This document shows positions 1-7,801 of a stretch of DNA of 33,687 bases, one piece after another. A program made the position numbers and the translations under genes. The notes below the pieces were generated by a model. It made no database searches. It saw only the letters and a program-made list of their open reading frames with translations, and was not told the DNA's origin. The stretch covers positions 1-33,687 of the forward strand of contig JBDSEW010000171.1 in NCBI GenBank assembly GCA_039919825.1, written 5' to 3'. The stretch's first letter is position 1. Each line of letters opens with the position of its first letter. This stretch comes from Chitinophagales bacterium. Its GTDB lineage: Bacteria > Bacteroidota > Bacteroidia > Chitinophagales > UBA10324.

Positions 1-591
1 GTACAGGTAAAAATTGCAGAAGACGGAGAAATACTCTGTAAAGGGCCCAACATCATGGTGGGTTATTACAAACTTCCTGATAAGACTGCTGAAGCCATTG
101 ATAAAGACGGTTGGTTTCATTCAGGTGACATCGGCGAATTTGTGGATGGAAAATTTTTAAAGATCACCGATCGCAAAAAGGAACTTTTTAAAACATCCGG
201 AGGAAAGTATGTAGCACCGCAACCTTTGGAAAATAAATTCAAGGAATCATTTTTTATTGAGCAGATGATGGTGATAGGTGACGGGCGAAAATTTGTTTCA
301 GCCCTGATTGTTCCTTCTTTCACCAACCTCAAATCATGGTGTGAAAAAAGCGGCATTGCAAACACCTCCAGCAATGAAATGATCAGCAATCCGAAAGTGC
401 TGGAAAAATACCAGCAGGTGGTGGATGAGAAGAACAAAGAGTTCGGTCATACCGATCAGATCAAGCGATTCCGGTTGATGCCTGAGGAGTGGACTGTTCC
501 CGGAGGGCAGCTCACCCCAACCATGAAATTGAAACGGAAAGTGATCATTGAAAAATACAGGGATTTGATTGAGGGAATGTATAAGGATTAG
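1..591 (+). CDS. long-chain fatty-acid--CoA ligase (AMP-dependent synthetase), C-terminal part; 5' end lies outside the window
   Basis: Frame 1 is open from base 1 (VQVKIAEDGEILCKGPNIMVGYYK...), so the listed ORF 55..591 is only the part after an internal Met. GWFHSGDIGE and GKYVAPQPLEN...QLTPTMKLKR are typical of the C-terminal domain of ACSL/FadD-type synthetases. Confidence 0.85.
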   Translation, partial: VQVKIAEDGEILCKGPNIMVGYYKLPDKTAEAIDKDGWFHSGDIGEFVDGKFLKITDRKKELFKTSGGKYVAPQPLENKFKESFFIEQMMVIGDGRKFVSALIVPSFTNLKSWCEKSGIANTSSNEMISNPKVLEKYQQVVDEKNKEFGHTDQIKRFRLMPEEWTVPGGQLTPTMKLKRKVIIEKYRDLIEGMYKD

Positions 592-654
592 TGAATTACC
601 ATTGAACATCCAATTCACAAAAATCCAATAACTTTAGGAAAGCAATTATTTATT

Positions 655-1179
655 ATGGAGCCGGTTGTAAAACAAAATGCAACAAAAGAAGATTATCTGA
701 ACCTTCCTGAAGGGGCTCCTTATCAACTTATAAACGGAGCTTTAGTTATGTCGCCCGCACCCAAAGCCAATCACCAGCGTGTACTCCTGTATATAGCAAC
801 TCAGATTGCAAATTTTCTTGCGAAGAATGACATTGGGACAATCATGATTGCTCCTATGGATGTTCATTTCGACGAAGAGAATATTTATCAGCCGGATATT
901 TTTTTTATTGCAAAAGACAATAAAAACTGCAAAGTTGAGGATTGGGTATATGGGACACCGGATATCATTTTTGAAGTGCTTTCTGAGTTCAACAGCTATT
1001 TTGATACTAAGAAGAAATTCCGCGTGTATGAGCAATATGGGGTCAAAGAATATTTTATCATAGATCCCAACGATAATGAAGTAGTCCTCTACAAGAACCT
1101 AAATAATAAATTGAGAGAAATTTATACAGGTACGGGAATTATACGTTCAGAAATTTTATCCACTGAAATACGGTTTTGA
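655..1179 (+). CDS. Uma2 family (DUF820) PD-(D/E)xK endonuclease-like protein
   Basis: 174 aa. N-terminal YLNLPEGAPYQLINGALVMSPAP...HQRV and C-terminal TPDIIFEVLSE...DTKKKFRVYEQYGVKEYFIIDP match the Uma2 family pattern as I recall it. Confidence 0.75.
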   Translation: MEPVVKQNATKEDYLNLPEGAPYQLINGALVMSPAPKANHQRVLLYIATQIANFLAKNDIGTIMIAPMDVHFDEENIYQPDIFFIAKDNKNCKVEDWVYGTPDIIFEVLSEFNSYFDTKKKFRVYEQYGVKEYFIIDPNDNEVVLYKNLNNKLREIYTGTGIIRSEILSTEIRF

Positions 1180-1246
1180 ACCTGTTAAATCTCTCACTAT
1201 CGCTGTTGCGTAGTTGTAAATGCTGATTGAGCGTTAAATTAACTAC

Positions 1247-2236
1247 ATGTCCACCAGAAGTTTGGGTATCCTTATTTTGCTATTATTACTTGGCATAAAC
1301 ACCATTACATTCAGCCAGGTAATAAACAATACCGCTTCTTTCAGCAACATCAACAGCGATAACTATTTCCGCATCTACTATGATAACGATTACTTCACCG
1401 CTACAGATCAATATTATACACAAGGCATCAACATTGAATTTGTTCACCCGGCTTTAAAGAAGTTTCCTGTTTCTAAAATACTACTCAGAAAACGCAACAG
1501 TTCCGTAAAATATGGGCTTGCTATAGAGCACAATGCTTACACTCCTACCAGCATCGGTCACAATGATATCCTGTACGGTGATCGTCCCTTCGCCGGTTGC
1601 CTGATGATAAAGACATTTGCCATCTCGATCGATTCTGTAAAGCAACAGCGGTTGTCATCAGCCTTTAGTGCAGGCGTTATTGGTCCGTATGCTTTTGCTG
1701 AAAATATGCAGCGGTCCATCCACCGCTGGATCGGTGATGTGCAACCGATGGGATGGCAAAACCAGATTCAAAATGACGTGATCCTGAATTATGAATTGGG
1801 TTATGAGAAAAAACTATTCGGTTACCGGAATACCTTCCTGTTGAGTTTAAATGGTGCTGTGCGACTGGGAACGTTGAGTGATAAAGGAAGCGCTGGATTT
1901 ACATTCCTTTTCGGATCGTTCAGTTCACCATTCAGCGATAAGAGCTTACCAGAAAGATCCTGGTTTGCAAAAAATTTCGACCTCTACATTTATGGGCAAC
2001 CACAAATAGTAGTTATTGGATATGATGCTACTTTACAGGGTGGTTTATTTAATTCAAACAGTCCATACACTATTCCTTCAAGTGACATTAATCGAGTTAC
2101 TATTCAAAATAATTTCGGAATTGTGATCGGGATCAAAAAAATTTACCTGGAGTATTATCAGTCTATTCTTTCTAAAGAATTCAGTACAGGAACATTTCAC
2201 CGCTGGGGAGGTGTGAGGGTTGGCGTTTCCTTTTAA
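1247..2236 (+). CDS. lipid A deacylase LpxR family (DUF2219) outer-membrane protein
   Basis: 329 aa with a signal peptide. FRIYYDNDYFTATDQYYTQGINIEF and YTPTSI...YGDRPFAGCL resemble the LpxR/DUF2219 family. The sequence is rich in beta strands and ends in an aromatic residue (VSF). Confidence 0.6.
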   Translation: MSTRSLGILILLLLLGINTITFSQVINNTASFSNINSDNYFRIYYDNDYFTATDQYYTQGINIEFVHPALKKFPVSKILLRKRNSSVKYGLAIEHNAYTPTSIGHNDILYGDRPFAGCLMIKTFAISIDSVKQQRLSSAFSAGVIGPYAFAENMQRSIHRWIGDVQPMGWQNQIQNDVILNYELGYEKKLFGYRNTFLLSLNGAVRLGTLSDKGSAGFTFLFGSFSSPFSDKSLPERSWFAKNFDLYIYGQPQIVVIGYDATLQGGLFNSNSPYTIPSSDINRVTIQNNFGIVIGIKKIYLEYYQSILSKEFSTGTFHRWGGVRVGVSF

Positions 2237-2361
2237 ATAAAGAGGCTACAGAGATCAACCGTAGGCTGAACTGGGATGAACTCCCACAGTGTTCCTTTTA
2301 GCAATGATGGAAATATGGTTTATCATGACCAATACTTACGCCTGTTAGCACAACATCCCCA

Positions 2362-2637
2362 GGGTGTACGACAAATGCTAGAACGTCATTAAACAATCTA
2401 TAGGCTTGTGTATTGATAGATAGTTGGCGACAACTGAACGTCACCCCAGGGCCCCTCAAGGGGCGCCTCGCACCTTAACCTTTCTGTCGCCGCATTCGAG
2501 ATTGATTGTTTAAATCGAACAACATGATAAGCTAATACTTTGCCACGAAGCAATAGAAAGGAACAGGAGAAAGGTGCCCCTTGAGGGGCTCCGGGGTAAT
2601 TTTTCTTAGCTTTATCATACTAAAGTGTCGTACACCC
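2362..2637. mobile_element. MITE-like non-autonomous insertion: 12-bp perfect terminal inverted repeats flanked by an 8-bp direct duplication
   Basis: GGGTGTACGACA (2362-2373) is the exact reverse complement of TGTCGTACACCC (2626-2637). CATCCCCA abuts both ends (2354-2361 and 2638-2645). There is no ORF of 60 aa or more inside. An internal second inverted repeat (2443-2465 vs 2575-2597) is 20/23 complementary. Confidence 0.75.
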
Positions 2638-2674
2638 CATCCCCAATGAAATTTCATCATCCGGATAATTAAAC

Positions 2675-2682
2675 TATCTTTG
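2675..2682 (+). promoter_or_regulatory. candidate Bacteroidota -7 promoter box (TATCTTTG) for the helicase gene
   Basis: Matches the TAnnTTTG consensus about 160 nt upstream of the ATG at 2845. The -33 element is not convincing. Confidence 0.3.
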
Positions 2683-2844
2683 CACCCATTATAGAGATGG
2701 ACTTCGTCCTGACGATCAAAAGATTTTACTATCTACTCGCAGATTACTTTCTCCTTCTCCTTCATTTCGCAGCAAAGCATAATTGCTCATGAGCAAGGAT
2801 GAATGGCTTTGCGCATTCACGATAAAAAGATTAACACATTAAAC

Positions 2845-4068
2845 ATGTCATTTGACAAATTGAATCTTTCAGCGCCCATTTTGGAAGCACTGAAATCTAA
2901 AGGGTATGTACAACCCACCAGCGTACAGGAAAAAGCAATCCCGGTTATTTTAGAAGGCCGTGATATTTTCGGAAGCGCTCAAACAGGATCTGGAAAAACT
3001 GCGGCATTTGCACTTCCGTTGTTACAACTAATGAGCAGCAAGCCATCTACGCACCGCAGCGTACGTACTCTCGTGTTGGCACCAACGCGCGAACTTGCAT
3101 TACAGATCGGAGAAAGTTTCCGTGACTACGGCAAACATCTTGGATTGAAACATGTCGTGATTTTCGGCGGCGTATCCCAGCATGCGCAAACCACCCAACT
3201 GCGCAACGGGGTTTCCACTATCGTAGCGACACCAGGTCGTTTATTGGACCTGATGAACCAGGGCTTTGTAAAACTGAATGATATAGAATTCCTGGTATTG
3301 GATGAAGCAGACAAAATGTTCGACATGGGTTTCATTAAAGACATTCAAAAGATTGTCGCAAAAGTTCCCTCGAATCGCCAGACTTTATTTTTCTCTGCAA
3401 CGCTGCCACCTGAAATCAAACAACTCGCTTCTTCATTGCTTCGTAATCCGGCAACGGTGGAAGTGAAACCAGCAGTTGGTTCTGAAATACTGGTTGAGCA
3501 AAAGTTGTATTACGTTGACAAGATCAACAAGACTGCGTTGCTATGCGATTTGCTGAAGGAAGAAAAAATTCACCAGGCACTTGTTTTCACCCGTACTAAA
3601 CATGGTGCAGATAAATTGGTGAAGGCATTGAGTTTGAAAGGAATTCGTGCTCAGGCCATTCATGGTAATAAATCACAGAATGCACGTCAGCGTGCACTGG
3701 ATGATTTTAAGACCAAACGCATTACCATTCTTGTTGCTACTGATGTTGCATCGAGAGGAATTGATGTAAAAGAATTGCCTTACGTCTTTAACTACGATCT
3801 TCCTGACCAGGCTGATTCCTACACACACCGCATAGGCCGCACAGGCCGTGCCGGAGCAAGCGGATTTGCCTTTTCATTCTGCAGTGCAGATGAAAGAATA
3901 TTATTGAAGGACGTTCAAAAAGCAACCGGCAAACAAATTCCGGTAGCGGAACATGCCTATATGATGAACGTGAGTCATGCTCCGAATCAAAGAGAAGTGG
4001 CCACATCGCATTCGCGTCCTTCAGGCAATAACAACAGCTTTACCAAAAGAAGAAGGTTTTCCAGGTAG
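2845..4068 (+). CDS. rhlE: ATP-dependent DEAD-box RNA helicase (RhlE-like)
   Basis: Motifs AQTGSGKT, PTRELA, VLDEADKM, FSATL and HRIGRTGRAG, plus a basic C-terminal tail. The ORF is open from 2803, but homologues start at MSF(D/E)xLxL, so ATG 2845 is preferred. Confidence 0.9.
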   Translation: MSFDKLNLSAPILEALKSKGYVQPTSVQEKAIPVILEGRDIFGSAQTGSGKTAAFALPLLQLMSSKPSTHRSVRTLVLAPTRELALQIGESFRDYGKHLGLKHVVIFGGVSQHAQTTQLRNGVSTIVATPGRLLDLMNQGFVKLNDIEFLVLDEADKMFDMGFIKDIQKIVAKVPSNRQTLFFSATLPPEIKQLASSLLRNPATVEVKPAVGSEILVEQKLYYVDKINKTALLCDLLKEEKIHQALVFTRTKHGADKLVKALSLKGIRAQAIHGNKSQNARQRALDDFKTKRITILVATDVASRGIDVKELPYVFNYDLPDQADSYTHRIGRTGRAGASGFAFSFCSADERILLKDVQKATGKQIPVAEHAYMMNVSHAPNQREVATSHSRPSGNNNSFTKRRRFSR

Positions 4069-4097
4069 GAACCACCTTTCGTGCATCAGCTATTAAT

Positions 4098-4132
4098 GTC
4101 ATCCTGTACCGTCTGAGACGGTGCAGGATGAC
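4098..4132. terminator. bidirectional stem-loop between convergent genes
   Basis: GTCATCCTGTACCGTC-TGA-GACGGTGCAGGATGAC gives a 16-bp stem with one T-G pair. It is followed by TTGCTTTT and lies between the rhlE stop (4068) and the ykgJ-like stop (4139). Confidence 0.7.
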
Positions 4133-4138
4133 TTGCTT

Positions 4139-4630
4139 TTATCCATACACCTTCTTCAACCCTTCCACTACTTCTGCTACTGCAGGACAGATCATAGAAT
4201 TGTGATACGTAATTCCCATTTTCTGAACGATCTTCCGTTGTTGCGTATGCGGATAATCTCGGCAGGCGGAAGGACGGTCTTCATATACCGTGCAATAATT
4301 ATCAGCTCCAATAAAAGGACAAGGCATCTTTTTAAAGATGTAATCATTGTCCTCATCAATTCTTAAATATTCGATGGTAAAATCAGCCTGGCGCATGTTG
4401 AAGTGTTTGGCTAACCGTTCAATGTCTTTACCCAGCAATAAAGGACCAGTGGTATGACAACAATTAGCACACTGCAGGCAATCAATATGTTCAAATGCCT
4501 GGTCATGCAGTTGATTGGTAACAATGTCAAGATTCGAAGGCTTTAATTTCTTCAGACGCTCGAGGAATTTTTTATTCTCCTTCCGCTTACTCTTTGCGTT
4601 TTCAATGTGACTGACGTAATCAGCATTCAT
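4139..4630 (-). CDS. YkgJ family cysteine-cluster protein (UPF0153, CxxCxxCC)
   Basis: 163 aa with the CLQCANCC motif and further conserved Cys residues (CPF...YCTVYEDRPSACRDYP). Confidence 0.75.
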   Translation of the reverse strand: MNADYVSHIENAKSKRKENKKFLERLKKLKPSNLDIVTNQLHDQAFEHIDCLQCANCCHTTGPLLLGKDIERLAKHFNMRQADFTIEYLRIDEDNDYIFKKMPCPFIGADNYCTVYEDRPSACRDYPHTQQRKIVQKMGITYHNSMICPAVAEVVEGLKKVYG

Positions 4631-4771
4631 TACAATGTATAGTTTGAATTGATTTCAAAGATAACAGTTAGTAAAACAGCAACCAGATAACAACGATTTA
4701 ACAGGTTACACGAAGCGAATCAGCTTTGATCTTTAAAGCGCTGCTGACTATTGAGTAATTTGAGATGTACC

Positions 4772-6442
4772 TTATTTCCTTCTTTTAAAAATATACACTT
4801 GCCTGTCTGATGTTCCATTGAAATTACTCATCTGTTCATTCCAGTAAAAATTTCCCGGTCCGTAATCGGCAGGAATTTCCATCACTCCAACAGGCTCATA
4901 ATACACAGCTGAATAGCTGCTCACCCAATCGAAAATTTTTTGTGGTGAACGGTCCCTCACCACCCACGACTGAGGTATCCTGCAAAATACCAGCACTTCT
5001 GGTTTTGCTGCTTCTATTTCACCAATCATTTCATCCTGCATACTTACGTTATACAACTGATCCTCCATCAGGCTGTAGGTATAGATGTATCCTGTAGCAG
5101 AAAGACGGTCAGCATAAAAATAAATCTGCGGTTCTGATCCTACTATTGCCACCCTGTCATTTTCATTGGTATTACTTTTTATATAGCGCGCAATGGTAAT
5201 TGATTCCGGAAACGGATTAGCTCCGTAAAGACTACGGGAAACAGTGAACATATTTTTTTCAAACAGGTAAGGAAATAATTGTACGATACCTGCCAGGCAG
5301 GCAATTATATAAATTCCAGGAGCAATCCTTTTGGCTGAGGCCGATTTAAATTTTTCTGAAAGCAACCTTCCACCCGCTGCTATAGCTATTCCGGCTAAAA
5401 TGGAAAATGAAGGAATGAACAGTACAAAATAGTGTTGGCGGAAATACAATCCCGGAAAAACTGACAACACCGAAATCAGCAGAAATGCTGTAAGAAATAA
5501 TTTGATCCTGGTTGCATACGCATCTATCCAGAGCAGTATTAATCCCAATGGTGCAAGCAACCAGAGGAAAATAAAATCATGCTGCAATCCATCAAGGTTT
5601 GTTTTGAGGTTGGTAAATCCCCTTGATAAACTTTCAGCGCTTGCGTATTTACTACCATAGGTTACTGTCCAGAACCAAAAACGGTCAAAAGTTCCTGCCA
5701 GAAGCATCCATAAAAAAAGACCGGCAACAGGCAAGATTATTCCGGTTGCGAACACTGTTCCCGAAGCCATCCACTTTTTCCAACTGATCTTTTGAATGAT
5801 GAGCTGATCATACAAAAAAACAAAACCTCCAAAAGCTGCAAAGAAGACACCTGATTGTTTCATCAATATACTCAACCCCAGCAGGAAACCCGCAGGAAGT
5901 AGTTTCCATTGTTTTTTTCCTTCCAGGGACAGCAGCAATTGGTAAAATCCTGCAACGACAAACAACATCACAAAATGAGTAGCATGTGCAGCACTCCCCA
6001 TTACCGCAGGGCTTACAGCGATCAATGCAAACGTGGTAGCAGCAACAATAGCAACCTGTTTTCCCAGGAATCTTTTGACAGCTGTAAAAAGCAACACTAT
6101 TGTTCCGGCATTCATGATCAGGAATCCTGTATGAATCCCTTGTTGCGTTTCGCCAAAGACCAACATGAATAAGGCATACATCATGGAGGTGCCCGGAAAC
6201 TTCATGTTGTATGCGTTTTCAAACGGTGCATATCCCTTCAGGAGCAATTGTCCGATAAAGGCGTATTCACCTTCATCCCGCTCCAGTGAGAGACTGAGTA
6301 AGCGGAACCTCACGGCAGCAACAAACAGCAGTACAATAGCAAGCAGACACCAATACATAGTGCTACTGGAAAATACCCGAGTTTCGGATTTAACCTGCTC
6401 CTCTTTTTGAATGATAAAAGGTTGTCGTTTACCCTTTGACAT
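4772..6442 (-). CDS. polytopic membrane glycosyltransferase, GT39/ArnT-like
   Basis: About 555 aa with many predicted TM helices. The N-terminal region RFRLLSLSLERDEGEYAFIGQLLLKGYAPFENAYNMKFPG resembles ArnT/PMT_2-type transferases. The ORF is open to 6475, so the start is uncertain (6475, 6442 or 6358). Confidence 0.6.
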   Translation of the reverse strand: MSKGKRQPFIIQKEEQVKSETRVFSSSTMYWCLLAIVLLFVAAVRFRLLSLSLERDEGEYAFIGQLLLKGYAPFENAYNMKFPGTSMMYALFMLVFGETQQGIHTGFLIMNAGTIVLLFTAVKRFLGKQVAIVAATTFALIAVSPAVMGSAAHATHFVMLFVVAGFYQLLLSLEGKKQWKLLPAGFLLGLSILMKQSGVFFAAFGGFVFLYDQLIIQKISWKKWMASGTVFATGIILPVAGLFLWMLLAGTFDRFWFWTVTYGSKYASAESLSRGFTNLKTNLDGLQHDFIFLWLLAPLGLILLWIDAYATRIKLFLTAFLLISVLSVFPGLYFRQHYFVLFIPSFSILAGIAIAAGGRLLSEKFKSASAKRIAPGIYIIACLAGIVQLFPYLFEKNMFTVSRSLYGANPFPESITIARYIKSNTNENDRVAIVGSEPQIYFYADRLSATGYIYTYSLMEDQLYNVSMQDEMIGEIEAAKPEVLVFCRIPQSWVVRDRSPQKIFDWVSSYSAVYYEPVGVMEIPADYGPGNFYWNEQMSNFNGTSDRQVYIFKRRK

Positions 6443-6510
6443 TGAATGATTAAATGATGGCGGCGAAGTTAGCACAGATACCTTTTAAAAGAAGGGTCAG
6501 ACTGTCCCTT

Positions 6511-7054
6511 TAACCTGGTCATTCCTTTAGTTGCACTTCATTGGCAGTGGAAGCGATTTTGTGGGTGATACGCCAATTCTAATGAAGGCTAACGATGGTT
6601 GACCCTCGTATCCGGAGGTTGCTTGCAACAACCCTGATGGCGATATGCAGGTGAATTTTATGGATTAAACTGATGATGCCAGCATGGCCATGTTTACACA
6701 GGCACAAAAATCGAGAGTGGCTGCAACCATTTCGGGCAGCAGAAGCAGCCTCGGTACGTCCATTGGGTGCAGCAGCAATTCGGTTGGTATTCCGAAATTG
6801 AAAACATTATCGCACTCAGCATATTTCCCAATCCAAATGATATTACATTCAGGTTAACTCTCGGACAATCGACTGGCAATGAACTCCAGGTTGAAGTGTA
6901 TGATTTCATTGGAAAAAGAAACGTTAATGTAAACGCAAACAAGGATTCCGGCACATCGTATGACCTTGTTTTAAAAAATGCAGCACCTGGTGTTTATTTT
7001 GTGCGGGTATTGGATGGAGCCCGGAGCAGTAATACCCGATTTATTATTCAATAA
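6511..7054 (+). pseudogene. remnant of an M43 (pappalysin-like) zinc metalloprotease with a T9SS C-terminal sorting domain
   Basis: Frame 3 reads DFVGDTP...DG*PSYPEVACNNPDGDMQVNFMD*TDDASMAMFTQAQKSRV..., with in-frame TGA at 6600-6602 and TAA at 6666-6668. Intact M43 proteins have GCP and NFMDY at those positions. A frameshift near 6770-6800 leads into the frame-2 sorting domain (LSIFPNPNDITF...GVYFVRVLDG...RFIIQ). The N-terminal half is missing. A degenerate GHSF..LHF at 6517-6539 may be the decayed HExxHxxGxxH motif. Confidence 0.7.
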
Positions 7055-7084
7055 AATAATGGTGAAAAAAGAAAGAAAGAAAAA

Positions 7085-7105
7085 CCCTGCTGAAGCGGGG
7101 CTTTT
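7085..7105 (+). terminator. weak stem-loop with a T-tract
   Basis: CCCTGC-TGAA-GCGGGG followed by CTTTT, between the protease remnant and the marR stop. Confidence 0.3.
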
Positions 7106-7151
7106 GCTGGGTAAACGGTTTCCTTCAAATTCAGTTTGACAAAAGCAGGAG

Positions 7152-7613
7152 CTATAATTTCCCTTCAAAAATCTTATCCATCAGTTTATTCAGTTGCTTT
7201 ACTTCCTTCTCGGAAAGATTATATAACACACTTTCTATCTCATTGTCACGCCTCTTGATCTTATCCAGTAACTCCACTCCCTTTTTGGTAATGGTGATGT
7301 CCACATGCCGGCGATCCTTCTTATTCAGTTTCCGTTCTACGAGACCCAGTTTCCGCAGCCGTTCCACAATGCGTGACACATCGCTGTTCTTATCGATCAT
7401 TTTTTCCTTCAACAGGTTCAGGTTTGCGGGTTCAGGATGCTGTATCTTCAATATCCGCAGGGCATAGAACTGCTGCCAGGTGATCCCAAAATGGCCAAGG
7501 TGCTGGTGGTAATAATATTCCATCCAGCGGCAGGTAAAAAAAATGCTGGCTATTGCCTTCTGGTATTCATTTTTATAGGTTGTGTTTCCTAATGCTTTTT
7601 CAATATTCGCCAT
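7152..7613 (-). CDS. MarR family transcriptional regulator, divergent from the fad operon
   Basis: The winged-HTH region (LRILKIQHPEPANLNLLKEKMIDKNSDVSRIVERLRKLGLVERK...DRRHVDITITKKG) is typical of MarR. The ORF is open to 7649; ATG 7613 (MANIEKALG) is preferred. Confidence 0.8.
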   Translation of the reverse strand: MANIEKALGNTTYKNEYQKAIASIFFTCRWMEYYYHQHLGHFGITWQQFYALRILKIQHPEPANLNLLKEKMIDKNSDVSRIVERLRKLGLVERKLNKKDRRHVDITITKKGVELLDKIKRRDNEIESVLYNLSEKEVKQLNKLMDKIFEGKL

Positions 7614-7673
7614 GTGAGCAGTTGCTTGGAGACAAATATATGTGATCACATTAAATGTTTAAACAAATAATTT

Positions 7674-7756
7674 TATTTTTGTTTCGGAATTGGCCAACTA
7701 AGTAATAACTTCGCCGCGCCGAAAGGTGAACTGTCAACTATGGAAAAAGACCATAG
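7674..7756 (+). promoter_or_regulatory. candidate fad promoter (-7 box TATTTTTG, 7674-7681) and inverted repeat CTATGG-N7-CCATAG (7738-7756)
   Basis: Both are read directly in the marR/fad divergent intergenic region. The palindrome is a plausible MarR operator. No experimental support. Confidence 0.3.
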
Positions 7757-7801
7757 ATAATTACAGAAAAGTATCACTATTTCAAAAAAAGAATTTACCA
7801 C

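Noticed and set aside
1179-1191. 13-mer GATTTAACAGGTT shared (in inverted orientation) between 1179-1191 and 4695-4707, also resembling the TTAACAGG repeats at 18591-18659
   Set aside because: With both strands considered, N^2/4^13 for a 33.7-kb window is on the order of ten or more chance 13-mer matches. The long-range match is therefore not significant. Only the local tandem pair at 18638-18659 is kept.
2240-2802. The whole 560-bp gap as a structured ncRNA, riboswitch or long leader of the helicase gene
   Set aside because: The nested inverted repeats are better explained by the terminal repeats and 8-bp target duplication of an insertion. A TAnnTTTG box at 2675-2682 would put the transcription start downstream of the element. 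I found no RNase P, tmRNA, SRP or 6S signature.
4121-4366. 81-aa plus-strand ORF
   Set aside because: It is entirely antisense to the YkgJ-family gene and starts inside the bidirectional terminator hairpin.
6767-7054. 95-aa ORF as a stand-alone gene
   Set aside because: It begins at a GTG chosen by the ORF finder and encodes only a T9SS sorting domain. The upstream frame carries the rest of a decayed M43 protease, so it is the tail of a pseudogene.
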